DNA of 36,416 nt, taken from NCBI GenBank assembly GCA_002269645.1, contig NIVC01001736.1, positions 1 to 36,416 of the forward strand, given 5' to 3'. Source of the stretch: Macrostomum lignano (taxonomy: Eukaryota). Shown one piece after another: positions 1 to 10,179 of this stretch (position 1 is the first letter of the stretch; every line of letters begins with the position of its first letter). A model generated the notes under the pieces. It searched no databases, was not told the DNA's origin, and saw only the letters and a program-made list of their open reading frames with translations. A program made the position numbers and the translations under genes.

Positions 1-1264
1 TTTTGTTATGATTGTCTGACGCTTGGCCGAGCAGATGTTGGCACCGATAGCGAATCGATGGCTGGACATACATTTCATCGAAAATCAACACACAAGACTT
101 CTGCTGCGGTTTCAGTTTGGCAAATTGACCTTTACGATCTCGTGTGCATCCTTTTCAGTGCCAATTCTCCTAGACAGCCAATGAGTGCGTAATGTTGCGT
201 TGGTGGGCAAAGGAAGGAGCGTCTGTGCATGCGCGTGTGCGAACTGCTAATCAGGTAAAGCAAAGCAGATTGGCGCATAGTGGCAATGTCGTATCGTCGA
301 TTGTTTGGGTGCGTTGTGGCGAACTCGAGTAGCTTCAGATGAATGTAACCGATGTGTCCGGTACAACTCCATCGTGGTTAAAGGCAATAGAAAGGTTCTT
401 AGATAATGCCCTCACCTCAGTTTCGACGTCCACTGTAGAGTTTTACAACGATTTATGATAGCTTCAAGTTGCGACCAATACTTTAATGTTGGTTGAAATC
501 CAAGCAGATCTCGAACCGCAACTGTGAGTGTAACCGAAAGCATCGCACGGAATAGTTTGGTGAAACGAAAACTCGCAGAACCATTTCGGCATTGGCGCTT
601 AACGAGAAGATAAACACCTCCTCTTGAACAATGGTAACAATAAGCTGATGTGCTTTGATGACGTCTGAACAGTGGATGGATGCTCGGAATTCAGTCCACG
701 ATGGCAGCGTGTCACGCTCTCGAAATTCTACTAGTTCATCTTGGAAAAGGCATCGTTCGGACAGCAGCACGCCCCTTCCCTCAGCCTGTCGACTGGCACG
801 CACTGCAATATCCAAGCACGCATCTTAGTGTTTCGTTTCGACCTATTTGATGGAGTGCAAATACGCTCGAATATTTGAATTAAAGCAGTAGAACTTCACA
901 AACCTTGTGTTTGAACGAGGCAGGACTGCGGGACTCCGTCGAAAACTGATGGTGGATGTAGCGGCCTTTCCTTTCTTCCCTTTTTTATCATTGGTGCATC
1001 TTGAGGCCAGTGCTTAGCACACACGCCCATGTAGTCTGTCACGGTCTAAACAACAACAAAATTGTCAATGAATTCATGTAGCCAGGCTAAATCTGATTCA
1101 CAAAGCACATTTGAAGAAAGTCTTACCGTCAGTTGATTAGGCAGTGACAGCCGCCAAGCCTCTCGTTCAGTTGCATCCTTAGGAAACGAAAATACTGCAA
1201 CATTCCGATCACGGTTACTATTATAGTTTGCACAACAGAAAATGACGCTGCATTTTCTCGGCAT
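1..1264 (-). pseudogene. THAP-domain P-element-family (THAP9-like) transposase, disrupted; runs off the left edge
   Basis: Exon 1264-1127 (MPRKCSVIFCCANY...VFSFPKD...W), intron 1126-1046 (GTAAGA...TTTAG) and exon 1045-904 (TVTDYMGVCAKHWP...RPLHPPSVF) rebuild a C2CH THAP domain. Downstream pieces in different frames give RRYDIATMRQSALLYLISS, LLPLPTNATLR and KSCVLIFDEMYVQPSIRY...LLG, matching P-type transposase motifs (LPLPS.RTL; C.L.FDEM). Several frameshifts and stops. Confidence 0.85.
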
Positions 1265-1730
1265 GATATTTATTTTCAGCGAGAATAAAAGTTCTCTCTC
1301 TCAATTGCAAGTGCATGCGAAGAACTCAATTTTAAGCTCAGATTTCTTCGCTTTCGCAGCTTTGGATGGGCCATAGAACAATGGGAGATTATACATACGG
1401 TACTATCGTTAAACAATAAGCAAAGATCACTCGTGGCTACGCTTAGTACCGTAGTATAGACTTATTGGCACTATCGTTTAGCATACTCGACTAGAAGCAT
1501 TGTTTAACGCTGAAGCGTTGTTTAACGATGTCTCAGAGAATCAGAAACGTCCTAGACTGCGCAGGTTTTGGCCATAGACATCGACAACGACAACGACATC
1601 GACACTCTATTCCTAATGTTTTTCATGCATTGAACGTTTAGTACGAGCGTACAATACATATAAAATAAATTGTCTATGGCAAAATTTTCAATCATCGTTA
1701 AACAATCAATCTTTGACTGAAGCGTTGTTA
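1..1730 (-). mobile_element. P-superfamily DNA transposon remnant with probable 5' subterminal region
   Basis: Transposase as above. Upstream of the ATG are repeated ATCGTTAAACAA-like motifs in both orientations (1405+, ~1499-, 1518-, 1694+), CTGAAGCGTTGTT twice (1510, 1717) and an inverted pair GCCATAGACA (1571-1580) / TGTCTATGGC (1671-1680). The exact terminus is uncertain. Confidence 0.55.
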
Positions 1731-1827
1731 GTATGGTAAACCATAGTAACAATGCTTTTAAACGAGCCTCATACTTTTTTCGCCATGAATTGGCTCGTTT
1801 CCGGTCCTGAGTTATCAAGTTGTCCTT

Positions 1828-2584
1828 GGGTCTGAATCACGGATTCAAAGGTCTGAGACATAGATTCTAGGGTCTGAACGCGGATTCTAGGGTCTGAGAC
1901 GCGGATTCTGGGTCTGAGACACGGATTCTAGGGTCTGAGACGCGGATTCTAGGGTCTGAGACGCGGATTCTGGGTCTGAGACACGGATTCTGGGTCTGAG
2001 ACACGGATTCTAGGGTCTGAGACGCGGATTCTAGGGTCTGAAACGCGGATTCTAGGGTCTGAGACACGGATTCTGGGTCTGAGTCACGGATTCTAGGGTC
2101 TGAGACGCAGATTCTAGGGTCTGAGACACGGATTCTGGGTCTGAGTCACGGATTCTAGGGTCTGAGACGCGGATTCTAGGGTCTGAGACGCGGATTCTGG
2201 GTCTGAGTCACGGATTCTAGGGTCTGAGACGCGGATTCTAGGGTCTGAGACGCAGATTCTAGGGTCTGAGACACGGATTCTAGGGTCTGAGACGCAGATT
2301 CTAGGGTCTGAGACACGGATTCTAGGGTCTGAGACGCGGATTCTAGGGTCTGAGACACGGATTCTAGGGTCTGAGACGCAGATTCTAGGGTCTGAGACGC
2401 GGATTCTGGGTCTGAGACACGGATTCTAGGGTCTGAGACGCGGATTCTAGGGTCTGAGACACGGATTCTAGGGTCTGAGACGCGGATTCTAGGGTCTGAG
2501 ACACGGATTCTAGGGTCTGAGACGCGGATTCTAGGGTCAGATACACGGATTCAAAGGTCTGAATCACGGATTCTAGGGTCTGAG
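1828..2584. repeat. Minisatellite, 20-21 bp unit GGGTCTGAGAC(G/A)CGGATTCT(A)
   Basis: Directly visible tandem units. Confidence 0.97.
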
Positions 2585-2804
2585 GGAAGGATTAACAAAA
2601 GTAATCAAAATATTTTAGATTCATACCAAATATCGACGAATTAAGCCGCAATATCACTGTGAGTAGCTATTTATGGTTTTATTTACTTTTTGTTGATCCT
2701 TAATTTGTCATCCAATTCATTTAACTGAAACAATACACTCGCATGTTATTGCACTAAATAAAAGAGATTGGTGCATAATTGCTTCCTGTAAATGCTAAGA
2801 AACA

Positions 2805-3135
2805 TTCCGTTTTCTTCTTCCTCGTATTTTCCTCCCTACATCTCTTTCTTCTACATTTCCCTCTATCTCGATCTTCTCTCTCTTTCTCTTTCTCTCTTCT
2901 CTCCCTTAATCCCATTCTTCCTACCTACAATTTCCCTTCCTCCTTACTCTCTCCTTCTTTCCTCTCTTACTCCCTACATCTCTCCCCTCTCTACATCTCT
3001 CCCCTCCCTACGTCTCTTCCCTCACTAGATATCTTACTCCCTAAATCTCCCCTCCTTATACCTTCTCTCACACTTCTCCCTCCCTACGTCTCTTCCTCCT
3101 TTAAATCTCTTAATTCTCTACATCTTAATCCATAA
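2805..3135. repeat. CT-rich low-complexity tract
   Basis: Almost purely pyrimidine on the + strand, with degenerate CTCT/CCCT/TACATCTCT motifs. Confidence 0.85.
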
Positions 3136-3825
3136 ATCCATCATCAATTCCTCCTACCAATGCCTCAGTACATGCATATCTCGCCCTTCACCCGGAATAC
3201 ATTGCATGCCATACCGGTAACAGCAGGGTTTTCTGTGGAGCAAACAAAACAGCCTGTCTATTAATAGAGCACTTTGTGAAAGTTAACTTCTTAACACGCC
3301 TGCAGCATTGTTGGGTCATGCAATTTTTCTGGCATTCTGCAATCCCAGGCAATGTCTGCTCTGAAAGGCTGGCACTAAAAAGGGAACAATAAAAGGGAGA
3401 GAAAGAAATCAAGAGATGGAGACGGCAGGAAACTGGGAAGAGGGGAAAGAGATGTACATGAAATCTGTGTCGGTAGTGGCTGGCATCAGGAGATTAGAAG
3501 GACATTTGCGAGAGTAGCCCTCGTTCCAGACAACTTTTTGATGCTGGCTCCTTTCCGATCCAGGTGTTCTGCACCCTCTTGAAGTCCTTGAATTGAAGGA
3601 CGGACAATGGCAGCACAAAACTGATTATAATTTGATCTTTTAAGGTGAAAAATTGCTTTTTGAAGTGGGCCCGTGCGAATGTACTAGAATTGCATTAGCG
3701 AGATGGAGAATCTGCATTTTAAGCATTTAATGACCGCCCACGTTCTTACCGTTTGCTTAAATTTAAATGCTACCGAGACCCCGACACTTCCTATCGGTAA
3801 CAAACTGCACGATCAGTTTGGATTA

Positions 3826-4116
3826 ACACACAGACACACACAGTCACACTAAAAAGTCACACAGTCACACACACAGTCACACAGTCACACACAGTCACAC
3901 AGACACACAGACACACGCAGTCACACAGACACACACAGTCACACAGACACACACAGTCACACAGACACACACAGTCACACAGACACACACAGACACATAC
4001 AGACACACAGACACACACAGACACATACAGACACACAGACACACACAGACACATACAGACACACAGACACATGCACACACAGTCACATGAACACACAGTC
4101 AAATGCACACACAGTC
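3826..4116. repeat. CA-rich simple repeat (CACAGT/CACAGA) grading into the 16-bp unit GCACACACAGTCACAT
   Basis: Visible. The last units match the array that resumes at 4777. Confidence 0.92.
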
Positions 4117-4776
4117 TGCACGCGAAGGCGTATTCAGCATGCCAGTGAAGTATGAGACAGACCAGGCCCATGGGCTAAGGTCTGCGATGCTTCACGCCTG
4201 CCCCTTTTTTCAGCAGGTCAAGGCTGGTGGGACGTCTGCACCCTCTATTTGCCTTTGGCAGCCGCAGACTCCCCCCCCCCACGCTGTCTCGCAAGTCGAC
4301 CCAGGGTACTCGTCCCCGCGTGTGTTCAAGGCAGACCCTAGGGCTGCTGGACAGACTGGGCTCCGGCGCTGGTGACCCATCCAGTGGCTTTTGCCGAACT
4401 TGGGTATGCGGGTCTGGCTCGCCAGTCCGCAGGCCGTGGTACTGCTCAACGTACCCTCTAATGCCTAAGGTGTTCGACCGTGCCGATGGGCTGGAAGGCC
4501 GGGGAGTAATCCGGTCGCAAGCGGTCCCCCTCCTGGTGTCGGGCCAGCCTTGAGGGTTCTTTTGGCCTACTGCCCGGTCAGGTGGAGCGGCCGGGTGGGT
4601 ACCGCGCCCCTTCGAGGGTAGCCCACCAACCTTTATCATGGCCTTCGAGCCGACTATGGATAACCAAACCCTTCGTCCATAGCGACGCGTCGGCCGTTCA
4701 GGGATTAGCGGAATGGGCGTTCGCGCCTTCCCGCTGTGTCCCCCCGGGACAGCCCTGCAGCCAAGTCATAAGTCAA
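4117..4776 (+). mobile_element. 660-bp GC-rich, hairpin-rich insertion interrupting a minisatellite; probable non-autonomous or truncated retroposon
   Basis: Unique sequence flanked by GCACACACAGTC at 4105-4116 and 4777-4788. It ends in a short tandem tail AAGTCAT-AAGTCA-A, contains many stem-loops and has no recognisable protein motif. Strand is inferred from the tail and the TTCG loops. Confidence 0.55.
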
Positions 4777-5275
4777 GCACACACAGTCAAGTGCACACAC
4801 AGTCACATGCACACACAGTCACATGCACACACAGTCACATGCACACACAGTCACATGCACACACAGTCACATGCACACACAGTCACATGCACACACAGTC
4901 ACATGCACACACAGTCACATGCACACACAGTCACATGCACACACAGTCACATGCACACACAGTCACATGCACACACAGTCACATGCACACACAGTCACAT
5001 GCACACACAGTCACATGCACACACAGCCACATGCACACACAGTCACATGCACACACAGGCACATGCACACACAGTCACATGCACACACAGCACATGCACA
5101 CACAGTCACATGCACACACAGTCACATGCACACAGAGAGACACACAGAAAACAGGCACAGACATAAATACACACACAGACACACGGGCACATACAGACAC
5201 ACAGACATACACAGACACACACAGACACAAATACGCAGACACACACACAGACACAAATACGCAGACATACACACC
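4777..5275. repeat. Minisatellite, 16-bp unit GCACACACAGTCACAT, degenerating into CA-rich repeat
   Basis: Period 16 (AGTCACAT at 4801, 4817...). Confidence 0.97.
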
Positions 5276-5619
5276 TTCAAAAAACTGTCCATGGAACGCC
5301 AGTGTCATTGCCTGATACAACAGTAGCTCTTAGTGGATCCGTGGTGTATTTTAAGCCAGTAAATGCATTGTATTCTTGTGCACGATCGATCGATTTGAGA
5401 CAGACATCAGCAATTGGGGACGGGTGTTAAAGAAAGTGCACATTTGCTTTTAAGGCTGTTCTGCCTGTTCCACAGCTGCCAGGCAAGACGAAATGCTTCA
5501 CGGATTCAGAGAAACTCTTTGAGAACTTTTTTAAGCTCATCATGCAGGGAGAAACTCCACGTGGCTTCCTGTTGGGTTCCAGTACCGGACATACTCAGTG
5601 AGAGGTTTTTTCCCAGTCC

Positions 5620-6050
5620 CGGACAAGTTTGGGGAGTTGTGGTCCCAGTCTTGGGCTGACTGGGGAGAGTCGGGGTCCTAATCTCGGACAGACTGGGGAG
5701 AGTCGGGGTCCCAATCTCGGACAGACTGGGGAAATTTGGGGTCTCAATCTCGGACAGACTGGGGAGAGTCGAGTCCTAATCTCGGACAGAATGGGGAGAG
5801 TCGGGGTCCTAATCTCGGACAGACTGGGGAGAGTCGGGGTCCCAATCTCGGACAGACTGGGGAAATTTGGGGTCTCAATCTCGGACAGACTGGGGAGAGT
5901 CGGGGTCCCAATCTCGGACAGACTGGGGAAATTTGGGGTCTCAATCTCGGACAGACTGGGGAGAGTCGGGGTCCCAATCTCGGACAGACTGGGGAAATTT
6001 GGGGTCTCAATCTCGGACAGACCGGGAGAGTTAAGGTTCGAGTCCCTAAC
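5620..6050. repeat. Minisatellite, 33-bp unit AATCTCGGACAGACTGGGGA(GAGTC/AATTT)GGGGTC(C/T)C with two alternating variants
   Basis: ATCTCGG at 5681, 5714, 5747... Confidence 0.96.
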
Positions 6051-6524
6051 ATGGAGTGACTGTTACTCTTAAAAAAGAGGCCCTTGAAAAATTCACTTCA
6101 ACTTGAGGTCATTAATCGCGAGCATTTCGAGAGCAGTTAAAATTTTAGTTTAAAAAATGAACAGCTGGGCAACAATGAGCAACAATGAAGCTGGCAGTTC
6201 CGCTTTCATGACAAACTGTGCGCACTTTTTCAACGGTTGAAAGAAGTGCCTTCGGCTGGGACGGGAAACAATGGAAATTTTTTACTGTCTCTGTCCGCGC
6301 TTGAGCAGCGGCCTGAATTCAATTAACCTGCCCTCTCCAGGTACAGGTGAAAGCCCCGCTTTTCTCTGGCCTGTCTCTCCCCTTTTTCCTTTTTTTGCAT
6401 TACGAATCCGTCAGAGCTGCGGCTGCGGCTCTCTTAAACTGAAACCCTGGGCTGCTTCTTTCTAGGGTGTTCTTCAATAATGCCCGCGCTTACCTTCAGT
6501 TGCTTGGTGGACCACTGCCACCTC

Positions 6525-7020
6525 CTCAGATCCTCAGTTGGTGAGTCATCCTCCCAGATCCTCAGTTGCTGGTCACCGCCAGCCTCCCAGATCCTCAGTT
6601 GTTGGGCCACCAGCCTCCCAGATCCTTAGTTGCTGAGCCAGCCTCCCAGATCCTCGTTGCTAGGCCAGCCTCCCAGATCCTCCGTTGCTGGGCCACGAGC
6701 CTCCCAGATCCTCCGTTGCTGGGCCACGAGGCTCCCAGATCCTCCGTTGCTGGGCCACGAGCCTCCCAGATCCTCCGTTGCTGGGCCACGAGGCTCCCAG
6801 ATCCTCCGTTGCTGGGCCACGAGCCTCCCAGATCCTCAGTTACTGGGCCACGAGCCTCCCAGATCCTCAGTTACTGGGCCACCAGTCACCCAGATCCTCA
6901 GTTACTGGGCCACCAGCCTCCCAGATCCTCAGTTGCTGGTCACCGCCATCTTCCCAGAGTGTCAGTTGCTGGGCCAGCCCCCCAGATCCTCAGTTTCTGG
7001 TCCCCACCAGCCTCCCAGAT
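6525..7020. repeat. Minisatellite, ~31-bp unit GCCTCCCAGATCCTC(A/C)GTTGCTGGGCCACGA
   Basis: CCCAGA at 6734 and 6765; degenerate edge units. Confidence 0.95.
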
Positions 7021-7560
7021 TGAAAATTGACTTTCTTGACAGGTTGAACTCAGGTGAGTCAAGTAAGCTCAGCCACTGCAGGTAAAAGAGAGTCAACACT
7101 GTCCTGAGGCGGACTTTCAATTGATTTATTGCTCCAAAAGTGGATCGTGTGCTCAAATCCGCCAGCTGCAGGCAGCTCAAAGCCCGGGAAGATCGATGAG
7201 GCCCAGAATCCTCTCAGATTCAGGAGGTCAGAAAGTTTTGCCCAGGGAGAAGCCGCATCCTCACTTCTTCACCTCCCCAAGTGCAGGAAACTTGCGAGTG
7301 CCACTGAAAGCGTGGGCAGAAATTTACACGGGGAAGCAGTCTGGGGATTGGGGAGACAATTGCACAGTGTGGGGAATCCAACCCAGCTGATTGGTCCTGC
7401 CGTTCTGTTCCCCACTTGCTTCCAGCTGGGGTGCAGCGCGGGGGCTTAAAAAAGACAAGACCATAACGGTTGCCCGCGGCGCTCTTCACCACCTGCCACT
7501 CACGCAAGAGGCACAGCCAGGTAAGGCAAACTCAGTGGTCGAAAAACAACAACAATCGAC

Positions 7561-8074
7561 ATGCCGATTCCGCCTAAGGCACCGACAATCCTGGTGTCGG
7601 CGGTGACTCACCAGTCCATCGAGCTCAGCTGGGAGCCGTTCTACGCCAAGCTCAGCGCCGCCCTTGGCCCAGACGACGGCAAACTGAAGGTGGAGGTGCA
7701 GCTGCGAAAGGGCGACGCCTGGGACATGGTCTACCGCGGCTTCGACACCAAGTGCACCTGCCGGGGCCTGCAGGACAGCGAGAACTACTACGCCAGATTC
7801 CGGTTCGGCAACAACAGCGGCTGGGGCGACTTCTCGGAGGAGAAGCAGGTGAAAACCGAACGGAAGCCGTTCACTGGCGAGGACGTGCACCGCTACCTGC
7901 GCCGGCAGGACGAGTTCGAGCTGCGCCGGGTGCTGCAGACCGGCGAGGTCAGCGCCGACACGCCGGATGAGAAAGGCTTCAGCCCGCTGATGCACGCCGC
8001 TCTGGCTAGCCGGGCCATCCTGTGCGAGCTGCTGCTCGAGTTCGGAGCCGACGTCAACTGGTGCGGCGAGAGCG
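7561..8074 (+). CDS. FANK1: Fibronectin type III and ankyrin repeat domain protein 1, exon 1
   Basis: MPIPPKAPTILVSAVTHQSIELSW...VYRGFDTK...YYARFRF is an FN3 domain resembling FANK1 (VGKVTHHSIELYW...IYTGYATK), followed by a first ankyrin repeat (DEKGFSPLMHAA). Donor G|GTGAGT at 8074/8075, phase 1. Confidence 0.92.
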
Positions 8075-8157
8075 GTGAGTGAGCGGCAGACGCAAACACA
8101 TTTCTTTGGGACTTGTGCACCAAAACTTGGCCTTGGGGGGGGGAGGGGTTGTCGTGC

Positions 8158-8333
8158 GATTCACAGCCATGAGGGCCAGCCCCCAAGGCGCAGAGAGTGT
8201 GCATGTCTGACGATGAGAAAGTCAGGGCCGCTGTGCACCCTGCGTGAGCGTGTTGGCGCGCTTGCATGTGCTCAGGAGTCAGCGGAACGGGCAGTTGCCT
8301 CAGCGCTGGTTGTGGGACGGTGTCGCACACGCA
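8158..8333 (+). repeat. Dispersed repeat family B, copy 1 (3' end missing at the SINE insertion)
   Basis: Shares GATTCACA..ATGA.GG.CCA.CCCCCAAG, AAAGTCAGGGCCG...CACCCTG, GTGCTCAG and GCTGGTTGTGGGACG with the copies at 16.2, 16.9 and 35.8 kb. Confidence 0.75.
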
Positions 8334-8640
8334 TAATTAATAATAATTGTGTACACCTGCCCTAACGGCTAGATGTGCAACCGACAGCTCAGTCGCAGCT
8401 ATTGCGCGGCGCATCTGAAGGCTGCGTACGGCTGTTCAGTCCAAGGACTGGGGGGGGGGGTCTCCACACACACTTTCAACTACCCCAGCTAGTGCTGGCA
8501 CCCATTTTACAGCTGGGTGAACTGAAGCAATGCAGAGTTAAGCGTCTTGCTCAAGGACACAAATTGTTCCGAGTGAGTTAAAAATCGAACCCCCGACCTT
8601 CAAGTCGTGAGTCCGACGCTCTGACCGCTAGGCTGCAACC
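8334..8640 (-). mobile_element. tRNA-derived CORE-type SINE, copy 1, with 10-bp TSD
   Basis: Minus strand: A-box-like GCCTAGCGG, B-box-like GGTTCGATT, then TGTGTCCTTGAGCAAGACGCTTAAC...TTCAGTTCACCCAGCTGTAAAATGGG (aligns by eye to the recalled MIR CORE consensus) and an (ATT)n tail. CGCACACGCA flanks both sides (8324-8333, 8641-8650). Confidence 0.88.
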
Positions 8641-9489
8641 CGCACACGCATCATGCACTAGAAGCAGGCTCATACGCTTGGTGAGGCGCTCCTGAGTGAA
8701 AGTAAACAGTTAGATTAGTGCACACAGATGAGGTGGCTTATAACTTTTGGCTTACAACCGCGAAGCCGTGAATGTGAACGTTGAGTGCTTCTTCATCTGA
8801 AAAGTTTGCTTTCTCTCCTGGATTCTAGGGAATTTTCCCCGTGGAAAGAAACAATTGCTAGCAACTCAATTCTTTGGCAATTAGCTCCTCCTCAGCCCGT
8901 CGTAGACAATGCGAGCGATGTAACGACAGGACAGCTTCCCTACCTGTGCTTCATCAATTTCCAATGCCAGCAAACTTCATAGTCTTTCTGGCTCTCAGCT
9001 GCAGCCACTGCAGCCCTCCAGTTTTTCAACTGCCTGGCGACAAAACGACGCTACGGCCTCTCTTCCAGCAAACTGGCCGCCTGCAGTGGGGGCTGCTTTT
9101 TTGTTTTATTGTGTCTACCAGTCTGTTGGAGTGGCTGTTGGCAACTGCAGCTGATGAGGGGGAGGGCTTCCCGGCGCTATGATGCCCCCCCAAGACCCAG
9201 CCTCCGACCCCCGCTGGGGTCTGACATCCTCTGTGAGCGTGGGCTGGCCCTGCTGGTTGGACTGCGGAGGAGGCAGCTGAGCCTCACTGTCCCGCTGTCC
9301 TTGTCTCACCGCTCCTGCCCCATCCTCTCCTCCCTGTACTCAAGCTTGAGTCTGCTGCTTGAGTCCCACTCTTCTGGCCAGCATCCCGACTTCCCTGCCC
9401 CGCTTCCGACTCTTTATCTGGTGTTGCTCTTCCTGTATTCGGATGTTGAATGATGTTGCCTTTTTTGTTGCGTTCAGCACCTGTCCATT

Positions 9490-9740
9490 CTGTGACTGCG
9501 ACTGTTGCTTTCTGCCGGCTTTCTTCTGGTCTCTCTCCTCTTCTCTCTTTCCCTGTCTGTTTGCCTCTCTCTTCTCTTTCTCTGATCTCTCTCCTCTCTT
9601 CTCTCTTCTCTCTTCTCTCTTTTCTCTCCTCTCCTCTCTTCTCTTCTCTCTTCTCTTTTATCTCTTCTCTCTCTTCTTTTCTCTATTCTCTTCTCTATCC
9701 TCGCTTCCACTCTTCTTGCTCTCCCCTCTCTACATCACCT
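9490..9740. repeat. CT-rich low-complexity tract in the FANK1 intron
   Basis: Degenerate (CTCTT)n/(CT)n. Confidence 0.85.
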
Positions 9741-10179
9741 AAATTCCAAAGTTTGCTTAACGCCACTCTTTCCTTTTTTAGTCTAGCAACCAACCCGAGG
9801 CTCTCAAAGCATTCCCCTACGCGAGAGGTCGCAGCGAATTCAGTTCCCAGCCAAATGATTATCCTTCTGGCTCTTCGCAAGCGCTTCAGTGCCGCTGAAA
9901 AATCCACAGAATTCAAGGCATCTCGCCTAGGTGAATTGATTGACAGGTTGGAAAGTAAAAACTGAAATTCTATATGCATTAATGAGTTGTAATTTGGAAA
10001 TGCGAGCAGACTTGGAATTAAAATGCTCTGCTAAGATGAATAGGTAATCTTGCGCTAGTATGGCTTGGAAATCATTGGTTAGAAAACTGAATGAGACGGC
10101 ACGCTGGGCTTCTGGTACTTAAACGCATGTGAGCTGACTTTGAGAAGAGAAGTGCTGTTCTGAGAAGAGCCGTCGGTAT

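Noticed and set aside
3170-3640. Protein-like open stretches on the + strand (AYLALHPEYIACH..., LLSDPGVLHPLEVLEL...)
   Set aside because: No recognisable motif, start codon or splice frame; interrupted by stops.
4150-4275. RNase P/MRP-like P4 pairing (AAGGTCTGCG / CGCAGACT) or SRP helix 8 (CAGG...AGCGG at ~4580)
   Set aside because: Spacing is too short, and the CR-V context and GNRA-capped helix 8 are absent.
7461-7482. RFX X-box upstream of the cilia-associated gene FANK1
   Set aside because: Only the GTTGCC half-site is present; the second half does not match.
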